NCBI GenBank assembly: GCA_037441705.1
Contig: JBBIRR010000021.1
Location: 1 to 64,000 of the forward strand
Length of the DNA: 64,000 nt
Source: Ignavibacteriales bacterium
GTDB lineage: Bacteria > Bacteroidota > Ignavibacteria > UBA10030 > UBA6906
Direction of reading: 5' to 3'
Shown here: piece by piece, positions 37,051 to 45,477 of the stretch
Layout of the letters: every line of letters starts with the position of its first letter
Position numbering within the stretch: position 1 is the stretch's first letter
Notes under the pieces: generated by a model
Database searches by the model: none
The model's input: only the letters and a program-made list of their open reading frames with translations
What the model was told of the DNA's origin: nothing
Program-made: the position numbers and the translations under genes

Positions 37051-37932
37051 ATGAAAAGTCGAACACGCATCGCCTTGTTTTTTCTTGCACCAGCGCTGAT
37101 TGCGATCGGTGTGTTCTTCTTTGTGCCTGTGCTTGCGGCGCTGGTGTTGAGCTTTACGGATTTCGACATCTACGCACTGGCAAGGTTCGACTATGCGCGC
37201 TTCATCGGGTTGAGGAACTATGAACGCATCTTTGCCGATCCGCTGTTCTGGACGGCGCTTCGCAACACGCTCTACTTTCTGCTGGTCGGTGGCCCGCTCT
37301 CGATCGCCGTATCGCTTGCGGCTGCGCTGCTGCTCAACTCGAAGCTCGTGCGGTTCAAGACGGTGTTTCGCACCGCCTTCTTCGCGCCGGTGGTCACAAC
37401 GCTGGTCGCCGTGGCGGTTGTGTGGCGGTTCGTGTATCATCCACGGTTCGGGTTGTTGAACTACGCGCTCTCGTTTATCGGTCTGCCCTCCATTGATTGG
37501 CTCGGCGATCCGGCGTGGGCTATGCCGGCAATTATCCTGATGGCGGTGTGGAAGAATTTTGGCTACAATATGATCATCTTCATCGCGGGGTTGCAGAACA
37601 TTCCCGAGGAGTTGTACGAGGCGGCGAGTATCGACGGGGCGAGCACGTGGCTGCAATTCACCTCCATCACGATTCCCATGCTTGCGCCGACAACGTTGTT
37701 TATCACGATCATCACGATGATCGGCTACTTTCAACTGTTTGCCGAGCCGTACGTGATGACGCAGGGTGGCCCGCTGAACAGCACCTTGAGCATCGTGCTG
37801 TACATGTATCAGATGGGATTCCGCTGGTGGAATATGGGATATTCCGCGGCGCTTGCGTTCGTGCTGTTTGCAATCATTCTGGCAGCCTCACTGATTCAAA
37901 CACGCCTGCAGCGTGTGGTGCAAAAACCATGA
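37051..37932 (+). CDS. Carbohydrate ABC transporter permease (MalF/UgpA-like)
   Basis: FIGLRNY, FWTALRNT, EAA loop GLQNIPEELYEAASIDGAS; multiple TM helices. Confidence 0.95.
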   Translation: MKSRTRIALFFLAPALIAIGVFFFVPVLAALVLSFTDFDIYALARFDYARFIGLRNYERIFADPLFWTALRNTLYFLLVGGPLSIAVSLAAALLLNSKLVRFKTVFRTAFFAPVVTTLVAVAVVWRFVYHPRFGLLNYALSFIGLPSIDWLGDPAWAMPAIILMAVWKNFGYNMIIFIAGLQNIPEELYEAASIDGASTWLQFTSITIPMLAPTTLFITIITMIGYFQLFAEPYVMTQGGPLNSTLSIVLYMYQMGFRWWNMGYSAALAFVLFAIILAASLIQTRLQRVVQKP

Positions 37933-37987
37933 GGGCGAAGTTGGTGCCTGTGGTATTCACCTGAAGCACAACTGTGACGGAGAAACA

Positions 37988-38809
37988 ATGCATCGGGCAA
38001 TGTTGAAGATCGTGCTGTACACCGTACTCATCGTTGGGGCGGCAATAACGCTTGCCCCGCTGGTGTGGATGGTATCGGCGTCGTTCATGCCGAGGGGCGA
38101 AGCGAGTACGTTTCCGCCGGCGTTCCTGCCGAGATCGTTCACACTCGATCATTATATCGATCTGTTCACGCGGGCGAATCTTGCGCGCTATCTCTTCAAC
38201 AGCGCGTTCCTCTCCGTTGCCGTTACGCTCATCTCCCTCATCATCAACTCGATGGCGGGGTATGCATTTGCCAAGTATCGTTTTGCGGGGAGGGAGTCGC
38301 TCTTCAAACTGCTGGTCTCTTCGATGGTAATTCCTGCTCAGGTGACGATGCTGCCGCTCTTCTTGATGTTGAATAAGATGGGATTCATCAACACGTACAT
38401 GGGGGTGATTATTCCGGGGATGGCAAGCATCTTCGGGATTTTTCTGATTCGGCAGTTTGCACTCTCGATTCCCGACAGCTTGCTCGAGGCGGCACGCATT
38501 GACGGGGCGGGGGATTTCAAGATTTACTGGACGATCGTCCTGCCGCTGTGCAAACCGATTCTCATCACGCTGGCGATCTTCACGTTCATGGGCACGTGGA
38601 ACGATTTCCTCTGGCCTCTCATCGTGATGACCGACGATACGATGTACACGCTGCCCGTTGCGCTTGCCAATCTCTCGCTCGAACATGTGCAGGACACCGA
38701 GTTGATGATGGCCGGCTCGGTGATGACCATTGCCCCCGTGTTGATCTTGTTTGCCGCCGTGCAGCGCTACTACATCAGCGGCATCATGGCCGGAGGGATC
38801 AAGGAATGA
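37988..38809 (+). CDS. Carbohydrate ABC transporter permease (MalG/UgpE-like)
   Basis: SMAGYAFAK, EAA loop IPDSLLEAARIDGAG, WNDFLWPLI, QRYYISGIMAGGIKE. Confidence 0.95.
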   Translation: MHRAMLKIVLYTVLIVGAAITLAPLVWMVSASFMPRGEASTFPPAFLPRSFTLDHYIDLFTRANLARYLFNSAFLSVAVTLISLIINSMAGYAFAKYRFAGRESLFKLLVSSMVIPAQVTMLPLFLMLNKMGFINTYMGVIIPGMASIFGIFLIRQFALSIPDSLLEAARIDGAGDFKIYWTIVLPLCKPILITLAIFTFMGTWNDFLWPLIVMTDDTMYTLPVALANLSLEHVQDTELMMAGSVMTIAPVLILFAAVQRYYISGIMAGGIKE

Positions 38810-40269
38810 GGCCTCTTCTCTGCATGCTTGCTCTCAGCATTGCTCGCCTCGGCGTCGCACAGAGCCTGGATGATGAAGTGCTGGCACGTGTGGGGGCCCG
38901 GGAAATTACCGTCGGCGAGTTCCGTCAGCGAATAGATTTGATGCCGTGGCCGGGGAAAGACAATCCGGAAACCCGAGACTCCGCCAAAATTGCGGCACTC
39001 GCTTCGCTTGTTGCCGAGAAACTGCTTTCCGCACAGGCGGTCGAACGAGGCATGGTATCAAGTCCGGCCACCTCAGCCTCGCTCGCAGCGATCGAACGGC
39101 TGCTCGCACGCAATGAACTCTATCGCCTGGAGGCTGCGGCGCGCGTGCACATTGATTCGGCCGACATCATGCAGGGACTTGAACGCTACGCCTCGCTTCT
39201 GCGGTTGAATGTGTTTGTTGTTGATTCTCAGCATCGAGCGGAACGTCTCGCTGCACAGCTTGGTGCAAAAGATTCCGTCGTGTCGCTCGAAGGCGTTCTC
39301 TCGCACGATACCGTCGTTGTGGGGTTGGGCGATCTGCATCCATCATACGAAGATGTAGCCTTTGCTCTCACCGAGACGGGTGAGGCGCGCGCCGCGTTTT
39401 CAGACCGGCAGGGATGGGCTGTTTTTCAACTCGTGGAACGAACAACCAATCCAGCCTACGCGCGGCAGAGCATTCAGGATCGGCTGATGACGGTAACGCA
39501 GCGCCTGCGCAGGCGGAAGGAGGGACTGCTCGCAATCGAGTTTGCGCGTCGACTCCTCTCCAAGAGTCTGCAACTCGACTCCTCAGCCTTCCACCTTCTT
39601 GCCGACAGTCTGCATGCTCTCATGGTCGCCGATTCCGTTGATCGGCAAGGTGAGACGTACGCAATTCGCGGCGAAGAAGTAGATCGTCTGCGGCTGCAGC
39701 TTACACCGACGCTCGGTCGCGCATTTGCGCGTTTGGGCGATTACACCGTTACGCTTGGGGAGATCGTTGGCGAGTTGAAATTCTTTCCGCTTCGCTTTTC
39801 GTCGCTGCGCAAAGGGGCATTTCTCAGAACGCTGAATCAGGACATCCGCCTTGTGGTTGAAGCTGCGATCATGTCGCAGGAGGCGCAACGGCGGAATCTC
39901 CACCAACGGCCGGAGGTACGTCGGGAGCTGGCGATGTGGATTGATGCGATGCAGTCGGAGAAGTTTCTGAAGTTTTTGCTCGATTCGCTTGCTCGCGCCG
40001 CCCGTACTGATACGGTGAGCGATCAGGAGGCTGCGCGTTCTGCAATGAAGCGGGCGTCGGACGAAATCAGCGGATACATTGCGCGACTTGCGGAGCAGCA
40101 AAACGTGATGATGGATCTGGCGAAGCTGAAGCGTGTGCTGATCACCCCGTCGAATATGGTAACCCGGCGCTTCATCGGCTTCGGCGGCTCGATGATGGCC
40201 GTTCCGATGCTGCCTCAGGTGTGGGAGTGGTTCGAACTGTGGAAGAGGGCTGGAGGTATCGCGCCATAG
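38806..40269 (+). CDS. Exported SurA/PpiC-like foldase-type protein (degenerate parvulin)
   Basis: ATGA overlap with the permease stop; signal peptide; VLARVGAREITVGEF, LASLVAEKLL..QA and EDVAFAL...G...QGWAVFQLVE resemble SurA-N/parvulin patterns. Confidence 0.55.
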   Translation: MRPLLCMLALSIARLGVAQSLDDEVLARVGAREITVGEFRQRIDLMPWPGKDNPETRDSAKIAALASLVAEKLLSAQAVERGMVSSPATSASLAAIERLLARNELYRLEAAARVHIDSADIMQGLERYASLLRLNVFVVDSQHRAERLAAQLGAKDSVVSLEGVLSHDTVVVGLGDLHPSYEDVAFALTETGEARAAFSDRQGWAVFQLVERTTNPAYARQSIQDRLMTVTQRLRRRKEGLLAIEFARRLLSKSLQLDSSAFHLLADSLHALMVADSVDRQGETYAIRGEEVDRLRLQLTPTLGRAFARLGDYTVTLGEIVGELKFFPLRFSSLRKGAFLRTLNQDIRLVVEAAIMSQEAQRRNLHQRPEVRRELAMWIDAMQSEKFLKFLLDSLARAARTDTVSDQEAARSAMKRASDEISGYIARLAEQQNVMMDLAKLKRVLITPSNMVTRRFIGFGGSMMAVPMLPQVWEWFELWKRAGGIAP

Positions 40270-40287
40270 GGTGAATTCTCCCGCGCT

Positions 40288-40662
40288 TCACTTCGCTGTG
40301 CGTTGATAGTACTCCCGACACTCCTCCTCGCGCCCCCGAATCACGCGCTTGCCGGCAAGATCGCCCTGGAACTCGGTCACGATTGTGGAGCGCTGGTCGC
40401 TCTGCTCACCCTCATGCCTGAAGTATATCACCACCCAATCGTTTGTCTTGCCTAACTCATGTGCTCTCTGCGTATTGGAAAACAGAATCGTGAAGTGCCA
40501 ACCCTCGCGTTGTGTTTGCATGATAGGGAGCCATGCCTTGCCCTCCGAGTTGAACTTCTTCGGGGCGATGAGTTTCAAAGTCCCCTCGGCGGCTTTGCGC
40601 CGGTACTCGCCATCAAGCTCAAGAAGGAGTTCGATGCGTGGAATGTTCTGCTTGCTTCGCAT
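40288..40662 (-). CDS. Conserved hypothetical protein; stand-alone domain usually seen C-terminal to helix-hairpin-helix (PolX N-terminal-like) domains
   Basis: LLELDGEYRRKA, IAPKKFN...AWLP, FTILFSNTQRAHELGKTNDWVVIY, TIVTE..G.LAGKRVIRGREEEC; start codon uncertain. Confidence 0.6.
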   Translation of the reverse strand: MRSKQNIPRIELLLELDGEYRRKAAEGTLKLIAPKKFNSEGKAWLPIMQTQREGWHFTILFSNTQRAHELGKTNDWVVIYFRHEGEQSDQRSTIVTEFQGDLAGKRVIRGREEECREYYQRTAK

Positions 40663-40793
40663 GCAACAGGCTCTGCTGTCATATACAAAAAAGTCCGAAG
40701 CGGAGCAACGTCTCGGCGCTGGCATCTTTGATTGATTTTCTATGTGCTTTTGCCTAACTTTCGACACAAAATTTTTCAGGGGGAGATTCACAT

Positions 40794-42638
40794 ATGTGCG
40801 GCATTATCGGATATATCGGACAGCGCAACTGCGTGCCCATCATCGTCGAGGGGTTGAGGCGTCTCGAATATCGAGGGTACGACTCGGCGGGCATCGCTCT
40901 TGTCAGAGACGGCATTTTCCGCATCGAAAAGAAGGCGGGCAAGGTTGCGGATCTGGTTCAGCACCTCAATCAATTCAACGGGGATCTGAGCGCAACGGTA
41001 GGCATGGGTCATACCCGTTGGGCCACGCACGGCGAGCCGAACGATGTGAACGCTCACCCGCATTGGGATAGCGAAGGAAAGATTGCCATCATCCACAATG
41101 GTATCATAGAAAACTACGCTGCGATCAAGACGAAACTTCAGCGTGAAGGCCATACCTTTCGCAGCGCGACGGATACCGAAGTGCTTGCCCACCTCATCGA
41201 GGAAATGTACAAACGCACGAACGATCTGTGTGCCGCGGTTCGGCTTGCCCTCGCCGAGGTAGAAGGAACATACGGCCTGGTGGTTATCTCCACCCATCAA
41301 CCGGATCGGCTCATTGTTGCGCGCAAAGGAAGCCCGCTGATCCTCGGTGTGGGTGATGGTGAAAACTTCGTCGCTTCCGATGCCGCCGCGATTGTCAGCC
41401 ACACCCGCCAGGTTGTGTATCTGGAAGATGGAGAGATTGCCGAACTGACGGCCTCCGGATTCCGGACAATGACGATTGACGATGAGGAAATCGAGAAGGA
41501 GGTTGAGGAGATTACGTTCGAGCTGTCGCAGATCGAGCGCGGCGGGTATGATCATTTCATGCTGAAGGAAATCCATGAGCAGCCCGAGACCATTCGCAAT
41601 GCCATGCGCGGGAGATTGCAGCCCGATGGGGGCACGGTGGTTCTGGGCGGTCTTCGGGATGTCCGGGACAAACTGCTCAATGCTCGACGCATCGTGATCA
41701 CCGCATGCGGCACGTCGTGGCATGCAGGACTGGTCGGTGAGTATCTCTTCGAGGAATTGGCGCGCATCCCCACCGAAGTGGAGTATGCCTCCGAGTTTCG
41801 GTATCGCAATCCGGTGATCGAAAAGGACGACGTCGTGTTTCTTATCAGCCAGAGCGGCGAAACGGCTGATACGCTTGCTGCAGGAAGAGAGGCCAAGGCC
41901 AAAGGCGCCACGGTTCTCGGCATTGTCAATGTCGTTGGTAGCACCATCGCCCGTGAATCGCATGCCGGCGTGTACATTCATGCCGGGCCGGAAATTGGTG
42001 TCGCTTCTACGAAGGCATTCACCTCGCAGCTTACGGTGCTCTCCCTGGTGGCGTTGATGCTGGCGCAGGCGCGGGGAAAGCTTGATCCTCAGCGTGCAAA
42101 GGTTCTCTCGCAGGAACTTGCTGCAGTTCCGGACAAGGTTGCTCGTATCCTGGCAAGCACACAGCAGCAGATTAAAGCTATCGCAGAGGAGTTCAAAGCC
42201 TCTCAGCATTTTCTCTATCTCGGCCGGGGCGCCAACTTCCCCGTCGCCCTCGAAGGCGCATTGAAGCTCAAGGAAATCTCCTACATCCATGCGGAAGGCT
42301 ATCCGGCGGCTGAAATGAAGCACGGGCCGATTGCGTTGATTGACGAAAACATGCCGGTGGTGTTCATCGTTCCGAAAGATGCGATCTATGAAAAGGTCTT
42401 GAGCAACATTCAGGAAGTGCGTGCACGCCACGGTCGCATCATCGCGATCGCAAACGAAGACGATACCGAAATCGAGCATCTTGCCGAACATGTGATTCGT
42501 GTGCCGCACACGTTCGGATACTTCGGTCCGATTCTCAACGTCATCCCGCTGCAGCTCCTTTCATACTACATTGCTGTGGCACGTGGGACGAACGTTGACC
42601 AGCCGAGGAATTTAGCGAAGAGTGTCACCGTCGAGTAA
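40794..42638 (+). CDS. glmS: Glutamine--fructose-6-phosphate aminotransferase
   Basis: MCGIIG, LEYRGYDSAG, GHTRWATHG, SQSGETADT, GPEIGVASTKAFT, EMKHGPIAL, DQPRNLAKSVTVE. Confidence 0.98.
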   Translation: MCGIIGYIGQRNCVPIIVEGLRRLEYRGYDSAGIALVRDGIFRIEKKAGKVADLVQHLNQFNGDLSATVGMGHTRWATHGEPNDVNAHPHWDSEGKIAIIHNGIIENYAAIKTKLQREGHTFRSATDTEVLAHLIEEMYKRTNDLCAAVRLALAEVEGTYGLVVISTHQPDRLIVARKGSPLILGVGDGENFVASDAAAIVSHTRQVVYLEDGEIAELTASGFRTMTIDDEEIEKEVEEITFELSQIERGGYDHFMLKEIHEQPETIRNAMRGRLQPDGGTVVLGGLRDVRDKLLNARRIVITACGTSWHAGLVGEYLFEELARIPTEVEYASEFRYRNPVIEKDDVVFLISQSGETADTLAAGREAKAKGATVLGIVNVVGSTIARESHAGVYIHAGPEIGVASTKAFTSQLTVLSLVALMLAQARGKLDPQRAKVLSQELAAVPDKVARILASTQQQIKAIAEEFKASQHFLYLGRGANFPVALEGALKLKEISYIHAEGYPAAEMKHGPIALIDENMPVVFIVPKDAIYEKVLSNIQEVRARHGRIIAIANEDDTEIEHLAEHVIRVPHTFGYFGPILNVIPLQLLSYYIAVARGTNVDQPRNLAKSVTVE

Positions 42639-42659
42639 CCATACCAGGAAAGGACCAGC

Positions 42660-43505
42660 GTGAACTCTACGTACTCGTACAGCAAGCATCAATGGGGACT
42701 CATTCTCGGAGCATCCAGCGGATTCGGGGCGGCGACAGCGCGCGAACTTGCACGCCACGGTATGAGCATTATCGGCGTGCATTTCGATCGCTCCGCCACG
42801 ATGCCTGCCGTTGAGGCGCTGATCAAAGAGCTGGAAGGGTACGGAGTAAACGTGCGGTATTTTAATATCAATGCCTCCGATGCACAGAAGCGCAACGAAG
42901 TGTTAGACACCGTCAAGAAAGAGTTTGAAAAGGACCAGGCAAACACGATTCGCGTGCTGATGCACTCGCTTGCCTTCGGCAGTCTCAAACCCCTCGTCTC
43001 GCCGAAACCGGGCATGGCGCTGACCCAAGCACAGGTCGAGATGACGATGGACGTGATGGCAAACTCGCTTGTGTACTGGACGCAGGGCGTGATCGAGCGA
43101 GGTTTGATGAAGCGGGGCGGACGCATCTTTGCCATGACTTCGTCGGGAGGCCACTCGGTGCTGCTGAACTACGGCGCTGTTTCTGCCGCGAAAGCAGCAC
43201 TCGAATCCTACATCCGTCAGCTCACGCTCGAGCTCGGCCCGATGGGCATTACGGCCAATGCCATTCTGGGCGGTGTCACCGATACGCCTGCGCTCCGAAA
43301 GATTCCCGGCGCGGTCGAGATGCTCGAAGTCGCCAAAGCGCGCAATCCATCCCTGCGGAACGGGACGCCGGAAGACATCGCGAAGGCCATCTGCCTGCTC
43401 GCGCATGACGACGCAGGCTTCATCTCCGGCAACGTCATCCGTGTTGACGGCGGCGAGGATGTTGTCCAGTACATCGGCTCGAAGAGCGTCGAGAAGTATG
43501 ATTAG
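42660..43505 (+). CDS. SDR-family oxidoreductase, probable enoyl-ACP reductase (FabL/FabI-like)
   Basis: LILGASSGFG, YGAVSAAKAALES (YX6K), GVTDTPALRKIPG, ISGNVIRVDGG; GTG start. Confidence 0.85.
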   Translation: MNSTYSYSKHQWGLILGASSGFGAATARELARHGMSIIGVHFDRSATMPAVEALIKELEGYGVNVRYFNINASDAQKRNEVLDTVKKEFEKDQANTIRVLMHSLAFGSLKPLVSPKPGMALTQAQVEMTMDVMANSLVYWTQGVIERGLMKRGGRIFAMTSSGGHSVLLNYGAVSAAKAALESYIRQLTLELGPMGITANAILGGVTDTPALRKIPGAVEMLEVAKARNPSLRNGTPEDIAKAICLLAHDDAGFISGNVIRVDGGEDVVQYIGSKSVEKYD

Positions 43506-43551
43506 GGACTTTTCTCTCAAGACGGATTTTCTTATACTATAGCGCACAGCC

Positions 43552-43624
43552 GGACAGGTAGCTCAGTTGGTAGAGCAATGGACTGAAAATCCATGTGTCG
43601 GCGGTTCGATTCCGTCCCTGTCCA
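43552..43624 (+). tRNA. tRNA-Phe (GAA)
   Basis: GGACAGG/CCTGTCC acceptor stem, D arm GCTC-AGTTGGTA-GAGC, anticodon arm ATGGA-CTGAAAA-TCCAT, T loop GGTTCGATTCC; 73 nt, CCA not encoded. Confidence 0.97.
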
Positions 43625-43875
43625 CATACACAAGCAGCAGCGGCGCGTGCCGGTGCTGTTTCTGTTTTTGGGGGATGTCTTGGCTCTCAGCCGAAGGCAG
43701 GTCAATCATGGGTTTGTACGGCTGAACCGCCAGGCAACGTCAGCCAATCATGTTTTGCCTATAGCGTACGTGCACTCGCGCACAAATTTTTTCGCGCGTT
43801 TTCTTGCATTTAGATTCCGCTGCTTGTACAATTCAAATGCAAGATTCGTTCTTTGAAGCATAAGCTTCTGTTGCC

Positions 43876-45477
43876 ATGAAAAGGGGAATCGTACTCTATC
43901 CGCTCTTGAAACCACGCATCGGGCTGACGCTTGCTTTCCTCGCCTTTCTCTCTTCGTGCGACCCGGTGGGGCCTCCGCCGCCTTCTGTGGTTTCCTGTTC
44001 CGCATCTCTCACCCAATCTGAGGTTGAAACGCTGATTGCTCATGCAGTGGAGCAGGCGCAGCGTCTCAATGAAAAAGTAACGATTGCCATCTCTGACCGA
44101 GAAGGAAACATCCTCGGCGTATTCCGGATGACGGGTGCACGCTTTGTCTCAGCGCCTCTCACCGTCAACGGCGTACCCGTTCAGGTCACAACGGTTGATA
44201 CGTGCATCCGCAAAGCGCGCACGGCCGCCTTTCTCAGCAGCAACGGGCATGCGTTTTCAACCACAACTGCATGTTTCATCACTCGTTCCCATTTCCCGCC
44301 CGGCGTTGCCAACGCGCCGGCAGGGCCGCTGTTCGGCGTCGGGTTGTCGAGCCTGCCGGGCAGCGACATCATGCCCAACGGAAATGCCCTCAGCGATCTT
44401 CCGGGCGGAATCCCTATTTACAAAGGAGGGTGCCTTGCGGGCGGCATCGGCGTCATCGGCGCGGCGTCGCAGTTCGATCCGACCCTGTGTACGGGACAGA
44501 GCCTCGATGAGGTGATTGCCCTCGGCGCCACCGCTGATTTTTCCGTCCCGCCGGACAAGCGTGGCGACAGGATTTTCATTGATGGGATTCGATTTCTTTA
44601 CACAACCTCCGAAGCACCATCTGCGAATTACACGCTGACATTTGCGCAAGCTCTCACGCTCGGTTCGGTGGATAACGACTATCCGATTCGTGCAACACCG
44701 GCAGCGCGGTTCCCCGATGAAGGCGAAGTCCTGTTGGGTGGCGGATTCGATTTCCCGATTCGTGCAGGGACGTTTCTCTCTCTGGCGGATGTCCAGACGA
44801 TCATTCGACAAGCTGCGACTCAGGCGTCGCGTACCCGCGCAGCAATTCGGCGTCCCGTCGGTGCAGCCGCTCAGGTCTTCATCGCTGTGGTTGATGTTGA
44901 TGGTTCAGTCTTGGGGGTCTGGCGCACACCCGATGCGACGATCTTCAGCTTTGACGTGAGTGTGCAAAAGGCTCGCACCGCGCTCGTCTTCAGCAATCCA
45001 AACAATCCAATTTCGCAAAACAATCGAGAATTCAGTCAACGCCTCCGGGCGATCCTCGGTCTTCCGCCTGCACAGCCTCTTGCCGTATCAACGCGGGCGG
45101 TTGGTTTTCTTGCGCAGGATTTTTTCCCACCCGGGATTGACCGTGACTCCTTAGGTGGGCGCATCGAGCCGGGGCCGTTGTTCGAGGGGACAAACTTTGC
45201 ATATCAATTCCGTTTGCTTGCAGAGGGTCTGCCGCTATTCGCAGGCAACCGCAGCAATGGTATCACAATTTTCCCCGGTGGCATTCCACTGTACAAGAAC
45301 GGCCAACTCGTCGGCGCCATCGGCATCAGCGGCGACGGTGTCGATCAGGATGATTTGATTGCTGCGGCGGGGGCGAAGGGTTTCGAACCGCCCGCTGAGA
45401 TTCGATGCGATCAGGTATCCTACCACGGCGTTCGTCTCCCATACGTCAAGTTTCCTCGACAGCCGGAGATTCGCTAA
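43876..45477 (+). CDS. Lipoprotein with two tandem GlcG/HbpS-like heme-binding domains
   Basis: Lipobox LSS-C; two copies of IA(I/V).D..G..LG..R...KARTA and PGGIP(I/L)YK.G.L.G.IG(V/I).G. Confidence 0.85.
   Translation: MKRGIVLYPLLKPRIGLTLAFLAFLSSCDPVGPPPPSVVSCSASLTQSEVETLIAHAVEQAQRLNEKVTIAISDREGNILGVFRMTGARFVSAPLTVNGVPVQVTTVDTCIRKARTAAFLSSNGHAFSTTTACFITRSHFPPGVANAPAGPLFGVGLSSLPGSDIMPNGNALSDLPGGIPIYKGGCLAGGIGVIGAASQFDPTLCTGQSLDEVIALGATADFSVPPDKRGDRIFIDGIRFLYTTSEAPSANYTLTFAQALTLGSVDNDYPIRATPAARFPDEGEVLLGGGFDFPIRAGTFLSLADVQTIIRQAATQASRTRAAIRRPVGAAAQVFIAVVDVDGSVLGVWRTPDATIFSFDVSVQKARTALVFSNPNNPISQNNREFSQRLRAILGLPPAQPLAVSTRAVGFLAQDFFPPGIDRDSLGGRIEPGPLFEGTNFAYQFRLLAEGLPLFAGNRSNGITIFPGGIPLYKNGQLVGAIGISGDGVDQDDLIAAAGAKGFEPPAEIRCDQVSYHGVRLPYVKFPRQPEIR

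Noticed and set aside
38548-38805. 5' extension of the 573-aa ORF; similar extensions at 357, 45405, 47328 and 56138
   Set aside because: Most overlap upstream genes or precede the signal peptide; downstream starts with signal peptides, RBS or stop/start coupling are more plausible
35518-38809. Missing ABC ATPase as a sign of a defective transporter
   Set aside because: Carbohydrate (CUT1) ABC systems commonly share an MsmK/MalK-type ATPase encoded elsewhere; the three genes look intact
40663-40793. glmS ribozyme upstream of glmS
   Set aside because: The region is only about 130 nt and lacks the AGCGCC...GACGAGG core on the + strand; AGCGCC occurs only on the opposite strand
43552-43875. 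Genomic island integrated at tRNA-Phe carrying the redox cluster
   Set aside because: No integrase, no duplicated tRNA 3' end within the window and no obvious compositional shift by eye; cannot be excluded beyond the window edge
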